Shown: one piece after another, positions 1 through 9,900 of the stretch | How positions within the stretch are numbered: the stretch's first letter is position 1 | Layout: every line of letters begins with the position of its first letter | Virus record (IMG/VR): IMGVR_UViG_3300022937_001303 | Coordinates: 1 to 26,170 of that record | DNA: 26,170 nucleotides | From: a virus | Lineage: Duplodnaviria; Caudoviricetes | Reading direction: 5' to 3' (one strand) | Program-made: the position numbers and the translations under genes | Notes under the pieces: model-generated | The model's input: the letters and a program-made list of their open reading frames with translations, nothing else | What the model was told of the DNA's origin: nothing | The model's database searches: none

Positions 1-1191
1 TCCTGCAGTAGGTAAATAATATCTCCATAAGTTAGTATCATTTGTTCCTTCATTGACACCCATATACACACTATCTCTCGATACAAACATAGAATGTGGA
101 CAAGTATCTACTCCATCTACAACCCATTCTTTTACTAACTGTCTGTTAGCTAATACATATAAGTTATCTGCAACTGTTAAGTCTGCACGATATAATCTAC
201 CAACAGTTCTTGAAGTTTCTTGTGTTCCTAAGAATACAATTCCCTCTGTAGCTGCCATAGAATGTATCTGTTCAAAAGGTATGTGTGTCTGTCCTTGTAG
301 TGTTAATGTTCCTGATACATCTTTAAGTGAATAAACATTTTCATTTGTACTACCTGCAAGTACAACTGCACCTGCATCTACAACAGAAGTAATTTCATGT
401 GTAGGTTCTAATGTTAAAAGTGGAGTGCTAACAGAAAAATCAGATGACCAACTGTCTGCAAATGGGTCACCTTCCCATAGATATTCTGCATCTCCATCAT
501 TAGCTGTAACTACTAATCTATCTTTTACAAACCAAACACCTGTAAATATTCCACCAGTAAAACCTGTATTGTGTACTGCCCAACCATGACCACCTGGTTC
601 ATAATGTGCGAACTGTGTATTAGTTGTTCCTGCAGTTCCAGTAGTTACATAAAGTGTATTTCCAAAAGCAGCTATACCAGTTATGTCATAAAGTATTCCA
701 GTAGATGACATAGCTGACCAGATATCTCCATCATCTGTACTTTCATAGATAGTTGTACCATCAGCTACATAGATATTTCCATTCGTAGTTCTAGCCATAT
801 AATTATTATCAGAACTAAAAGTAATACTCTCTGGTGCAGTTGTGTATAACAAATGTGTGTGATAAGAAGTTTCATCATCGCCATGAAATACATCTACACC
901 TTTGCTATCAAAAAATCTTGTTGTATCTTTAGGCGTACCATTAGCTCTATGTGCTGTATCTAAACCTTGTCCACCAGTAAAGTTATTTCTAGAATAAATA
1001 CGACCTAAGTTAGATGTAAAATCTTCAGGGTTTTGTTTAACATTAATCTGTTGTTCTTGTACATCAGATGATTGTATTTGCATCTCTCTACCAGGACCAA
1101 CAGCAGAACGAAGTAGTATATTATCAATTCTTACATCATATCCATATCTTTTAGGATTGTTTATGTTAGATGTGGTAGCTACTCTAGGCAT
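1..1191 (-). CDS. Tail nozzle / tail tubular protein B-like beta-propeller (partial, runs off the window start; missing from the ORF track)
   Basis: ATG at 1189-1191 overlaps the upstream TAA (TAATG). Open for 397 codons: MPRVATTSNINNPKRYGYDVRIDNILLRS...NNFTGGQGLD...GNIYVADGTTIYESTDDGDIW...GNTLYVTTG...KDRLVVT...RDSVYMG. Propeller blade-like strands, an early F-x-GG motif and position after the adaptor fit T7 gp12/P22 gp10-like nozzles. Confidence 0.75.
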   Translation of the reverse strand, partial: MPRVATTSNINNPKRYGYDVRIDNILLRSAVGPGREMQIQSSDVQEQQINVKQNPEDFTSNLGRIYSRNNFTGGQGLDTAHRANGTPKDTTRFFDSKGVDVFHGDDETSYHTHLLYTTAPESITFSSDNNYMARTTNGNIYVADGTTIYESTDDGDIWSAMSSTGILYDITGIAAFGNTLYVTTGTAGTTNTQFAHYEPGGHGWAVHNTGFTGGIFTGVWFVKDRLVVTANDGDAEYLWEGDPFADSWSSDFSVSTPLLTLEPTHEITSVVDAGAVVLAGSTNENVYSLKDVSGTLTLQGQTHIPFEQIHSMAATEGIVFLGTQETSRTVGRLYRADLTVADNLYVLANRQLVKEWVVDGVDTCPHSMFVSRDSVYMGVNEGTNDTNLWRYYLPTAG

Positions 1192-2228
1192 TATTGCACT
1201 CCAGAGTTAACACCATTTATCTCTACTGCTTCTGGATATTTCGCTCTTAAATATTTTCTAGCTTGTGTTATTAGTAACTGTTGATATTGGAGTAATGAGT
1301 TTCTAATACTATTAGATGAACCGACAGGATAGGCTTGTGCTGCCATTTGGTCTGTTATGTAATCAGTTGTAGCAGCAGGTATATCTCTACCTGACATCAT
1401 ATGTGCAGCAACACCTGCCATTATGATTGGTTCGTATTCATCTTCTAAACCTATTGTTGTAAGTGTGTCTGTTTCTGCAGTAGGTTCTACAAATTTCTTT
1501 TTAAAAGTTATATAACAAGTATGACCTTGGTCAATGCTATAAAACTGTAAAGCATTAACTTGATTAGGTCCTGTATCGTAGGTTATTGTTCTCTCTGTTC
1601 CATCACTATCTGTATAAGTGAATGGATTAGGTAGTTGTATCATTTGTACAGATACAGGTTGAAATATAACACCTGTCTGGTCTGAACCACTACTAAAATC
1701 TGTGTATTGTGATATCGCTTTTAAAACAGAAACTAAATAGTTGTTTGTTCCTGGTGCATCATAACTACCAAGTAGTACATATCCTGAACCACTTGTAACA
1801 TTGACAGTTTCTACTGCGAATAGAGTAGGAAATAAATTTTTAATCTGGTCAACTACAGCATCAAATACATTCTTACGAGGAAAAGGAGGTGCAATCTTAA
1901 TTATACTTCCTTGTGCGTGTTCTGCTGCAGTAGTTCCTCTAACACCTCTAGTAACTGTAACTGTGTTTGTAACAGCATTAAGGTCACGACATATCATAAG
2001 TTCTTGACCTATCTCTATAATTGTACCTGCATCTAAAGCATCTTCTTCTTCAACAGACAATAGGTCGCCATTAAAAGTAACTTCTGTTGCTGTGTCTGTT
2101 AGTCCTACAGTAACACCATCATCTAACAAATCGCTGTTAGAAAGTGTTGTGTAACTAACAATGTCATCCATAGGTTCAAGATATTCTCTAAAGGTCCTAT
2201 CTACTAGGTCACCAATTGTTGTACTCAT
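1191..2228 (-). CDS. Head-to-tail adaptor / tail tubular protein A-like with inserted beta domain
   Basis: 345 aa, SD AGGAG upstream. Helical N-terminus (TIGDLVDR) and C-terminus (YEPIIMAGVAAHM) typical of adaptors; internal IEIGQELM...TVTRGVRGTTAAEH segment typical of phage tail beta domains; lies between capsid and nozzle genes. Confidence 0.7.
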   Translation of the reverse strand: MSTTIGDLVDRTFREYLEPMDDIVSYTTLSNSDLLDDGVTVGLTDTATEVTFNGDLLSVEEEDALDAGTIIEIGQELMICRDLNAVTNTVTVTRGVRGTTAAEHAQGSIIKIAPPFPRKNVFDAVVDQIKNLFPTLFAVETVNVTSGSGYVLLGSYDAPGTNNYLVSVLKAISQYTDFSSGSDQTGVIFQPVSVQMIQLPNPFTYTDSDGTERTITYDTGPNQVNALQFYSIDQGHTCYITFKKKFVEPTAETDTLTTIGLEDEYEPIIMAGVAAHMMSGRDIPAATTDYITDQMAAQAYPVGSSNSIRNSLLQYQQLLITQARKYLRAKYPEAVEINGVNSGVQ

Positions 2229-2236
2229 TGGCTCTC

Positions 2237-2569
2237 CTAACTATGTCTTAGATGAACTGTTATGCTTCTGTCTGCTGCTTCTGTTCCATCAGATGTGATT
2301 CTTAAATATCCATTACTAGCAAAAGCCCAACCACTAGGGTCAACTCTTACTGCATCTCCTGCTGAAACTGTATATGATACATCAGTTCCATCTGTTTCTT
2401 TGACATCTGCCCAAGTAGAATTATCTAATGAGAAATCAAAGGTAATAGCTGTACCTGTCATAGTTGCAGGGAATTGAATACCACAAAGCAACATTCCATC
2501 TAGTTTAAAACCAACAGAATTGCTTGCATCTTCTGAAACATCTATAAGTGCTTGTTTTGAAATAATCAT
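2237..2569 (-). CDS. Small beta-sandwich virion protein (capsid decoration or tail accessory), 110 aa
   Basis: Start moved from TTG 2590 to ATG 2569 (MIISKQALIDV...) because AAGGA precedes it and 2590 lies in the terminator tail. Alternating beta-strand pattern (AITFDFSLDNSTW, YLRITS); directly after the capsid gene. Confidence 0.65.
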   Translation of the reverse strand: MIISKQALIDVSEDASNSVGFKLDGMLLCGIQFPATMTGTAITFDFSLDNSTWADVKETDGTDVSYTVSAGDAVRVDPSGWAFASNGYLRITSDGTEAADRSITVHLRHS

Positions 2570-2578
2570 ACTTTCCTT

Positions 2579-2587
2579 ACTATAGCA
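2579..2587 (-). promoter_or_regulatory. Putative extended -10 promoter TGcTATAGT
   Basis: TTGTGCTATAGT directly follows the post-capsid hairpin; near-identical TTGTGTTATAGT follows the hairpin at 25753-25780. Confidence 0.45.
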
Positions 2588-2625
2588 CAAGAAAAGGGTG
2601 GAGGTGGAGTTCCACCCTAATCTTG
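2588..2625 (-). terminator. Intrinsic terminator after the major capsid gene
   Basis: AGGGTGGA-(ACTCCACC)-TCCACCCT 8-bp stem followed by TTTCTTG; extendable by CAAGA/TCTTG. Confidence 0.75.
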
Positions 2626-2638
2626 AAATTTATGTAGC

Positions 2639-3772
2639 TTAGGCTACAGCTTGAATTTTACAATGATATGAAGGAGGACCAAATTCAAATCCCATCTCCA
2701 TATAAACTGCTTTTCCAATTCTAGCGTTTGCATCTTGGTCTAAGTCACGAACAAACACAGTACCAAATCCTGGGATATTGGTGAATACTGGTTGAATGTA
2801 AGCTAGGTCAATAATGAAAGCACTACCTGAAGGCATGATATCTGGGTCAATAACCATCATTCCGATTGAACCGAATGGGGTTACAACTGTATCAACATCA
2901 ATACCTGCAACACTTCTATCTCTAGGTAGTATTGCACCTGTAATTCCGACATTACCTTGTAGTAATTCAGTATTAAGGTCTAGTAATTGCTTAGGTGATA
3001 CGCAGAGAACTGGTTGTTTTAATGGTGCGTGAGCATCATATAATCTCTTCATAGCACCTGCGATTGCATCAAATGATAATACTTGTGCATCACCAGTTCC
3101 ATCACCTGCTGTGTCATTGTAGAAACAGTTACCACCGATTGGGTTAGCTGATGCAGCTACAGTATTGTTTGCGTTCTTGTTAAGAGAAACCCAATAGTCA
3201 ATTCCCCACATTTCTCTAGTACCATCACCTGGTGTGGTGTTAGCACCATCAGAGAATGAACCATTGAATGCAAACCATTCAACTTCTCTTGCTACTTTTT
3301 CTAATGCTTTTTCTAATTGCAAAGCAAATTCATCATTAATTGGGTTACCCCCAAATAGTCCTTGTTGAGTACCTGCTGTTGTTGTTCCATCACCATCAGA
3401 TTGATTTGTGATAGCTGCAGATAATGTAAAAGGATTTTGATTTCCTGTTGAAGCTAAAGCTGTGTAGGTCATTTGTACACCCTTATGGAAAATTTGAGTT
3501 ACATGAGTAAATGCTGCTCTATCTCTTCCAAGATATTCTGTAGGTGTTGAGCCTTCTTGTCCTTTGTCAGGTTCTGAATTAATGATTGCATTATCTTCTA
3601 CTTGGACTTGCCAGTATGTAGAGTTTAATACTTTACCACCATTCAAACCACCAACTGATGACAATAAAGGTGTTCTTTGACCACCAACTTTAAACAATTC
3701 ACCAGTAAAGTTATTTATTTGTTGTGCGTAGATAGTATCGCTACCTGCACCACCAAGGCTTATTTCTGCCAT
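2639..3772 (-). CDS. Major capsid protein, SU10/DUF5309-like (HK97 fold)
   Basis: 377 aa; RTPLLSSVG, RAAFTHVTQIFHKGVQMTYT, LQLEKALEKVAREVEWFAFNG, REMWGI and VDTVVTPFGSI match the DUF5309 capsid pattern; SD AGGAG; scaffold upstream, terminator downstream. Confidence 0.92.
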   Translation of the reverse strand: MAEISLGGAGSDTIYAQQINNFTGELFKVGGQRTPLLSSVGGLNGGKVLNSTYWQVQVEDNAIINSEPDKGQEGSTPTEYLGRDRAAFTHVTQIFHKGVQMTYTALASTGNQNPFTLSAAITNQSDGDGTTTAGTQQGLFGGNPINDEFALQLEKALEKVAREVEWFAFNGSFSDGANTTPGDGTREMWGIDYWVSLNKNANNTVAASANPIGGNCFYNDTAGDGTGDAQVLSFDAIAGAMKRLYDAHAPLKQPVLCVSPKQLLDLNTELLQGNVGITGAILPRDRSVAGIDVDTVVTPFGSIGMMVIDPDIMPSGSAFIIDLAYIQPVFTNIPGFGTVFVRDLDQDANARIGKAVYMEMGFEFGPPSYHCKIQAVA

Positions 3773-3778
3773 TTATAT

Positions 3779-3823
3779 CTTCTCCTATAAATTATTTAAA
3801 TTGTCTTATACTTTTAGAAGAAG
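3779..3823 (-). promoter_or_regulatory. Potential SD-sequestering hairpin of the capsid gene
   Basis: CUUCUUCUA (3823-3815) can pair 9 bp (one G-U) with UAGGAGAAG (3787-3779), which contains the capsid SD. Confidence 0.4.
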
Positions 3824-3834
3824 TCTGTTAAAAA

Positions 3835-4269
3835 CTATTTGTTTTTTTTAGCTTCTTCCATAACAGAAAGTTTGGCAGCTATTGAATCTCGTACATTTCC
3901 AGATTTTTCTATGTCACGAACCTGTGAAACTGCATCTGTGCTGTATAAATCTACAACTGAATTTCTTTGTATGTTGTTTAGTCTTTCTTGACTTTGTTCT
4001 ACATTATCTTGTAATCTGTCTTGATTCCCAAACTCAACTGAAAATTCTTGTGATGCGTATTCTTGGATTCCTTCTACAGTTAAATCACCTTCGTACATCA
4101 TCTCAACTGCTTTTCCAACACCTTTAGTAGTGTCAAGACCTGCTTGTTTAAAAACTTCTTGTCTTTCTTTACTTTCGTATTGTGCGATTTTTTCTTCGTA
4201 AAGAGATAATTTTTCTCTCATCTCTTTCCAGTTCTTATCGCCTGTGTCAGAGTTCATTTCTTCTGTCAT
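3835..4269 (-). CDS. Capsid scaffolding protein
   Basis: 144 aa, acidic and helical/coiled-coil (NWKEMREKLSLYEEKIAQYESKER), immediately upstream of the capsid gene, SD TAAGGA at 4280-4285. Confidence 0.75.
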   Translation of the reverse strand: MTEEMNSDTGDKNWKEMREKLSLYEEKIAQYESKERQEVFKQAGLDTTKGVGKAVEMMYEGDLTVEGIQEYASQEFSVEFGNQDRLQDNVEQSQERLNNIQRNSVVDLYSTDAVSQVRDIEKSGNVRDSIAAKLSVMEEAKKNK

Positions 4270-4287
4270 TATTCTATTGTCCTTACT

Positions 4288-4429
4288 TCTACGATATTTT
4301 TACAAGAGGTGTAGAGTGACCTCTGCATTTTGTCTTACACTACTGTTTTTATTTGACAGGTCTTGTCAGTAGGCATCAAGACCGATTACAAAATTGAAGT
4401 CATATTATCCTGCAGACTTACAAACGCAG
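4288..4429 (-). ncRNA. Structured 5' leader with three tandem H-type pseudoknots
   Basis: PK1 4429-4397: CUGCG/UGCAG + AAGUC/GACUU. PK2 4383-4340: GGUCUUG/CAAGACC + CUACUG/CAGUAG. PK3 4324-4288: AGAGGU/ACCUCU + UCUAC/GUAGA. All have L2 of 0-1 nt and A-rich L3. Paired by hand. Confidence 0.7.
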
Positions 4430-4438
4430 CTTGATTTG

Positions 4439-4465
4439 ATTATACCATATATTGTGGTTGTGCAA
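4439..4465 (-). promoter_or_regulatory. Promoter for scaffold-capsid transcript (TTGCAC-N15-TATAAT, extended -10 TGgTATAAT)
   Basis: Perfect TATAAT at 4444-4439 with TG extension in an intergenic gap; -35-like TTGCAC has a short 15-nt spacer. Predicted start is a few nt before PK1. Confidence 0.65.
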
Positions 4466-4486
4466 GTATATATACTAGATATTGTA

Positions 4487-5767
4487 TTAAGTTTCTATTA
4501 AACCTGTAACTGCACCAGTTTGTGTAGTAGCAGCACCCAATACAGCAGCACTTTCAGATGCTATCTGTGCTGATATGTTCTGTAAATTCTGCAGTTCTTG
4601 TGCTTGTCCTAGTTGTGTAGCTTGTACATACTCTGTAGCAGTAGGACCTCTTCTAGCTTGACTTGCTGCAGCACGTTGTAGTCCTTCAAGAGTTAATGCT
4701 GCTTGACCAAAACCTTGTCTAGCACCTTCTTGTGTTAGTCCTTGTTGTGCTAATGATGTACCAACTTGTGCAGTAATGCCACCAAATCCTGCTGCTTCTG
4801 CTTCACCAAGAACTTGTGATGCTCTTATCTGTCCTTCTAATATTTTTGTAGCAACATTAGGAGAAACAAACATAGCAAATATAGATTCATCTGGTAAGTC
4901 AATACCAAAGTTTTCTAAGTATGCTTTTTTAACTTGTGGTATGTTATTGACAACACCTTCGTATCCTGCTTCCATTCTCTGTCTAAACTCTAATGGAGAT
5001 ACATCACCACTAATTGCATTAACAATATCATCTTGAAACTCATTAGGATTTAAGTTATATGTTCTTACAGTAGCTTTCATATTGTCTACAGCAGCAACAT
5101 ATTCTTGTTCTGTCATTCTAAGTGAACCATCTTTTCTCTTTATTCCAGGGTATACTTCTTCCATAAGAGGGTCTGCTCTCATCTCTGCTAAAGCTAAACG
5201 TTCATTTCCTGATTCTGCATATTTATTTAAAAATAATCTAATTAATCTGTCATCTAAATAAGGATATAAGCCTTTAGCCTGTTCAAATGTAGATGGTCCT
5301 GTTTGTTTTGTTTCTTCTACTTGTGCTGATTTAGAATAATTACCAAGCAAATCTTCTAATGTACCTGTATCTAACTTTCCTTTTTCACCTGTAGGTGGAG
5401 ATGTATTTGTAAAACCTTGTCCTCTATATATACTTTCTTGGTCTGCACTACTGACTAATATTGCAACACCTTCATCATTGTATAAATAAAATGGTGTAAA
5501 AGTAACTTCTTCTACAACTGTTTCATCAACTGTATCATCAACTGTATCATCAGGTTCTTCTGTACTCACATCACTTCCATAAACTAAACCAGTAGTTTTT
5601 GTAACGTTATATAAATTTGGGTCTGCTGCTTCTGCTTCACCTATAGACCTAAAAGTACCTATCTTTGCTTCTGCTGCTGCTCTTGTGTTTGGTCCAATAA
5701 TTCCATCAGGTGTTACACCTAATTCTCTTTGTAACGCCTTAATTTCTTCTGTTGTCATGTTTTCCAT
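4487..5767 (-). CDS. Probable internal virion/ejection protein with N-terminal peptidoglycan-binding domain
   Basis: 426 aa; EEIKALQRELGVTPDGIIGPNTRAA fits PG_binding_1 (LQxxL...DGxxGxxT); acidic linker; Ala/Gln/Gly-rich helical C-terminus typical of ejection proteins. Confidence 0.7.
   Translation of the reverse strand: MENMTTEEIKALQRELGVTPDGIIGPNTRAAAEAKIGTFRSIGEAEAADPNLYNVTKTTGLVYGSDVSTEEPDDTVDDTVDETVVEEVTFTPFYLYNDEGVAILVSSADQESIYRGQGFTNTSPPTGEKGKLDTGTLEDLLGNYSKSAQVEETKQTGPSTFEQAKGLYPYLDDRLIRLFLNKYAESGNERLALAEMRADPLMEEVYPGIKRKDGSLRMTEQEYVAAVDNMKATVRTYNLNPNEFQDDIVNAISGDVSPLEFRQRMEAGYEGVVNNIPQVKKAYLENFGIDLPDESIFAMFVSPNVATKILEGQIRASQVLGEAEAAGFGGITAQVGTSLAQQGLTQEGARQGFGQAALTLEGLQRAAASQARRGPTATEYVQATQLGQAQELQNLQNISAQIASESAAVLGAATTQTGAVTGLIET
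5515..5550. repeat. 3 x 12-bp coding tandem repeat (DDTV DDTV DETV linker)
   Basis: caactgtttcat caactgtatcat caactgtatcat. Confidence 0.85.
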
Positions 5768-5769
5768 AA

Positions 5770-6987
5770 TTAACCTACTAAACTTTGTCCTGTAAATACA
5801 CCTGATACATCTTGCTTAAACACACTTGCCATAGCACCTAACGCTTGGTCTTGATATGTAGGGTCATTTTCATATTGTTTTCTTACTTCTCCTGCAAACA
5901 ATGTCATATCTCCACCGACTTTTTGTGATATAATGTCCACATTCTTTTTGTCTTGATTAGACAATGCACTCTTACCAGTTATAGATTGAAATGTTCTATA
6001 TAGTGGTGCTGACCATAGTTCATGTTGACTACCTTCATAATTAGGAAATAATTTATCGTGTGCTTTCTGCAACTGTTCTATAATTACTTCTCTATTTGTA
6101 GTGACACCTTCACCTTGTGCAGCATCAGCACGTAACATAGCAGCGTATTGTTCTATAACGCCATTATCTTCAAATGCAACTGCTGCATCTACACCAAGAT
6201 ATTTTGTAACTAAACTTTTAGCATCAGACATACCACTTTTTGTAGGATTAATCTTGTCAATATATCCTATGTAGTCTTGGTTCATAGCACTTACACCACC
6301 TGCCATAGATAATTTATATGGGTCTATTAAGAAAGATATTGTTTGTGCAGCTTCTGCTGTAGTTAAATTACCTTGTGCAATATCACTTGCTAGTTCTCTA
6401 ACTAAATCATCAACACCTTCTCCAGATATACCTAACTGTGCAATCTGTAGCTTTAGTGCTGTGTAGTTATCTTTAACTAGCTCTGCTGCTTTAGTTGGAT
6501 TTGTATATACAAGCTGAATCCAATCTCTTTGTTCTGGTGTGTGGTCTTTAAACCAAGTTAAATTTTCTAAGTATGGAGTTATGTCCTGTCCAGTAATTGC
6601 ACCATATGCAAATAACTGTTGTACTTCATCATCTAAATACCAAGTCTTACCAAATATTGTTGCTTTCTTTTGTAAATCATTTTCTACGTTTTCTAATAAC
6701 CAATCTATATCTGTCTTAGGATTTTCAGGGTCAAGAAGTTTTAGGTCTGATAAGTTGAACATAGGAAAAAATGCATATCCATACTTATCTGTAAATGTTT
6801 GTTCTGTATACGCAACTGCAGTATCTAATGCACCTTCTGCAAAACTTTCTGGTAAATCTACATCTACTACTAATGGCATAACAGCACCACTTGTAGTTGT
6901 GTAATTATACACAGCATAGTACCTTCCATTAACGAAAATTAATTCATCTGGAACTTGTAGTCTACTACCTTCTTTAAATATTGCCAT
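5770..6987 (-). CDS. Hypothetical virion-associated protein, 405 aa
   Basis: Long ORF coupled by TAATG to the upstream gene; mostly helical; no catalytic motif recognised. Confidence 0.6.
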   Translation of the reverse strand: MAIFKEGSRLQVPDELIFVNGRYYAVYNYTTTSGAVMPLVVDVDLPESFAEGALDTAVAYTEQTFTDKYGYAFFPMFNLSDLKLLDPENPKTDIDWLLENVENDLQKKATIFGKTWYLDDEVQQLFAYGAITGQDITPYLENLTWFKDHTPEQRDWIQLVYTNPTKAAELVKDNYTALKLQIAQLGISGEGVDDLVRELASDIAQGNLTTAEAAQTISFLIDPYKLSMAGGVSAMNQDYIGYIDKINPTKSGMSDAKSLVTKYLGVDAAVAFEDNGVIEQYAAMLRADAAQGEGVTTNREVIIEQLQKAHDKLFPNYEGSQHELWSAPLYRTFQSITGKSALSNQDKKNVDIISQKVGGDMTLFAGEVRKQYENDPTYQDQALGAMASVFKQDVSGVFTGQSLVG

Positions 6988-9900
6988 TAGTCATCTCTAT
7001 TATAAACATTGTTTGCTAACTTTACAGTCCTATCTATTATCACATTAGCACTAGGGTTATTGTTTAAATACCCTGTAAATACTTTATCATAATCAATAGA
7101 GTTCTGCATAAGGTCTAGTTTTTGGCTATCTGGTATATTACTGTAATAAATATCATTTCTCATATCTATATCACCTACATCTTCTATGTAACTTTCTTCT
7201 AAAGCATCACCATTAGATGCTCTAGTCATAACATCTATAGCTGTACTCCATATTGCATTACCTAATAATTCTGCAGGTGACCTTGAACCTGCTTCTTCTA
7301 ACATTTCTAATAACTCACCACCATAATCTTGCCAAAAAGTTTCTTCAACCAGTTGCTTTTCCCATTCTTCACCATTAGCAAGTATCTCATTTCTACGTGC
7401 ATATACTTGATATAGTTCAGGTAACGATAGTGCAGCAGTTCCTAACAAGTTAAATATTTCATAAAAAGACCATATTGCTGCTGCAGTTGCAACACCTGTA
7501 CCAAGAGTAATAGCACCTGCTGCTGCTGCTACAGTTGCAGCTTTTGAAAACGCTTTGTTAATTAATGTTTCACCTATGTCTAATGTTTTCCAACCTACTC
7601 CTAAAGCCTTACCTACTTTGCTTTGTGCAAATGATTTCATCATCTTACGTAAAGTTGCTACATCAGGTGTTAATCCAGTAGGAACTCTTTCTTGATTATA
7701 TGGAATACCATAATAACCAATATTGTTACTACCACCTACTGCTCTTCCATAAGTATAAGAAGCTCTTACACTATCAATAGTTTCATTACCATACACTACT
7801 GGTTGAACAGGATTTACTACTGCATCATATCTTGGTGCGTTATTAGGATATAATTCCTCAATAGATATGTCGTAATCTAATATATTGTTTAAATTAGTTT
7901 CAATTATTCCATTTTGAAAATGCTCATCTGGTGCAATAATAGTTATATCTCCAACTATGAAATTTGATGGTATATCTCTTAATTGTTGCCGACTAAGATT
8001 AACTGGTGTTGTACTGCTATCTGGTGCTGTAACATTAAATATAGGTTCTTGACCAGTTCTTTTTATAATTTCTATCTCTGGTCGTGTTGTTCCATCAATA
8101 GGACTTGGACCACGCAAATTTATCTTTACAGCACCTACTGTTCTATTGTCAACCATATCATATAAATTATCTAATGCAGTATTAAGTTTTTGTACATCAA
8201 TTCCCTCATTACTTGCAAACGCTTCTATAGGAGGAGTAATGTTTGCTTGTGAAAATACTGGTTGTGGAGATATATCTCTAGGAGTTCTAGTTTCTGAACT
8301 TGTATTTCTAACCATTTCTAATTCTTCATCTATAACAAATTGTCTGTTTTGTATTTCTTCATTAGAAGTTTTTCTATTTATATATAAAAAATTATCTGAT
8401 GCTCTCAATCTTAAAGAACCATCATTTGATTCATAAGCAACATTAAAAGCAGCACCCACTCTACCAGTAGGATGTATTCTTGAAGATATTGGATTATCTC
8501 TTTCTTGTCCTGAAAAACCATCTCTTACTTCTATTCCTAATTCTTTCATCATATGAATAAAAGAACGATTTATTATATTTGTTGTAATTCCACTTCCTGT
8601 TTTTGTAGATTGCACATTAGAAGTAATAGATGCAACCACATTATTATTTACATCTAAATGATTTGTTACTTCTATAGTTGCATAATGTTTTGTTAATGTT
8701 AAATCTCCATTTGTATTTTCTACATCATATATAAAACCAACTTCAAAATAATCTTTTGGTCCAAATCTGTCTGATAATGTTTGTCTTGTTCCAACGTGTT
8801 CAATTTCTACAACTAAAAGATTTCTATCAGCACCACCAAATAAATCTGACTCATTAAATAAAGTTTCTGCACTTCTTGTAAAGTAATGTTTAGCTTTATC
8901 AGATAATATAACTTTATCTTGAAATGAACCACCATTTATTTTTCTAAATGCTTGATTTAGTTCAGTACCAAAAATATCTTCATTATTAAAATATATACTA
9001 CTTAATACTGCTAATTGACCATCTCCTAATAACTGATTTCTATACCAACCCTGATTTTCAAATAATGGGTCTAAATCCTCAAACATATCATATATAGAAA
9101 ATGCACCTGCTTCGGCATCTAATATATTAATATTGCCTTCACTTATTCTTGCTAATACAGCTCTTTCACTAAGATTATCTTGGTTTAACAACTGTGTTAC
9201 AGGTCTACTATCTGTAATTGTTGAACCTCTAGTTGATGGAGATGTTGTTGTATCTGGTGTTGTTGTTTCTGGTGTTGTTGTTTCTGCTGCTTGTCCAAAT
9301 CTTGAATCTACCCATTGTAATATACCTTGTGTTTGTATATTTGCTTCTGAACCTGCTAAACCATCTATCTGTGACAATAATGATTCTCTTGTAAACATAT
9401 TTAGATTACTTTCTCTCATTGTGTCCGAAGGATATGTTTCAATTAAATCTTCTAAGAAGTAATACATAGCTTCTCCATTATTATCCATAAAGTTATTTAG
9501 TGAACCAGTTTTAATAATTCCAGTATCATCAAGTTGAGAATGTACTACTAAATCATTTGTATAGACTAAACCTAAATTTTCAAATATATTTTGTAGCTCT
9601 GTTACATCTTCCATAGGATTTAAACCTGTAGAAGTTACCATAGCTTCAGTACGCATAAGTAGTTGTGCAAACATTTGTGGGTCTACCTCATATGAAAGTG
9701 CATCAAACAAACCATAAATATCATCTTTTTTTCCGAAGTATTTTATTTTCTCTAGTTTTTCTGGGTTATCGTAGTTATCAGATAAAAACTTAATCATTGG
9801 ATTGCCACCAATATTTTTTCTTCCAGTAGCAATATAAAGTAATTCTTGATTAAGTTTACTTCTTTTTACATCAGTCAAATTTTCTAAATCTACTGATGCT

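Noticed and set aside
2569-2641. Read-through fusion of capsid to the in-frame downstream gene (T7 10B-like extension)
   Set aside because: Two in-frame TAA codons and a terminator intervene; no slippery site seen.
4288-4324. PK3 as a preQ1-I riboswitch (AGAGGU...CUACAC-CUCU...AAAAA similarity)
   Set aside because: The ligand-pairing C directly before the 3' stem strand is an A, the second helix differs, and the gene context is unrelated to queuosine.
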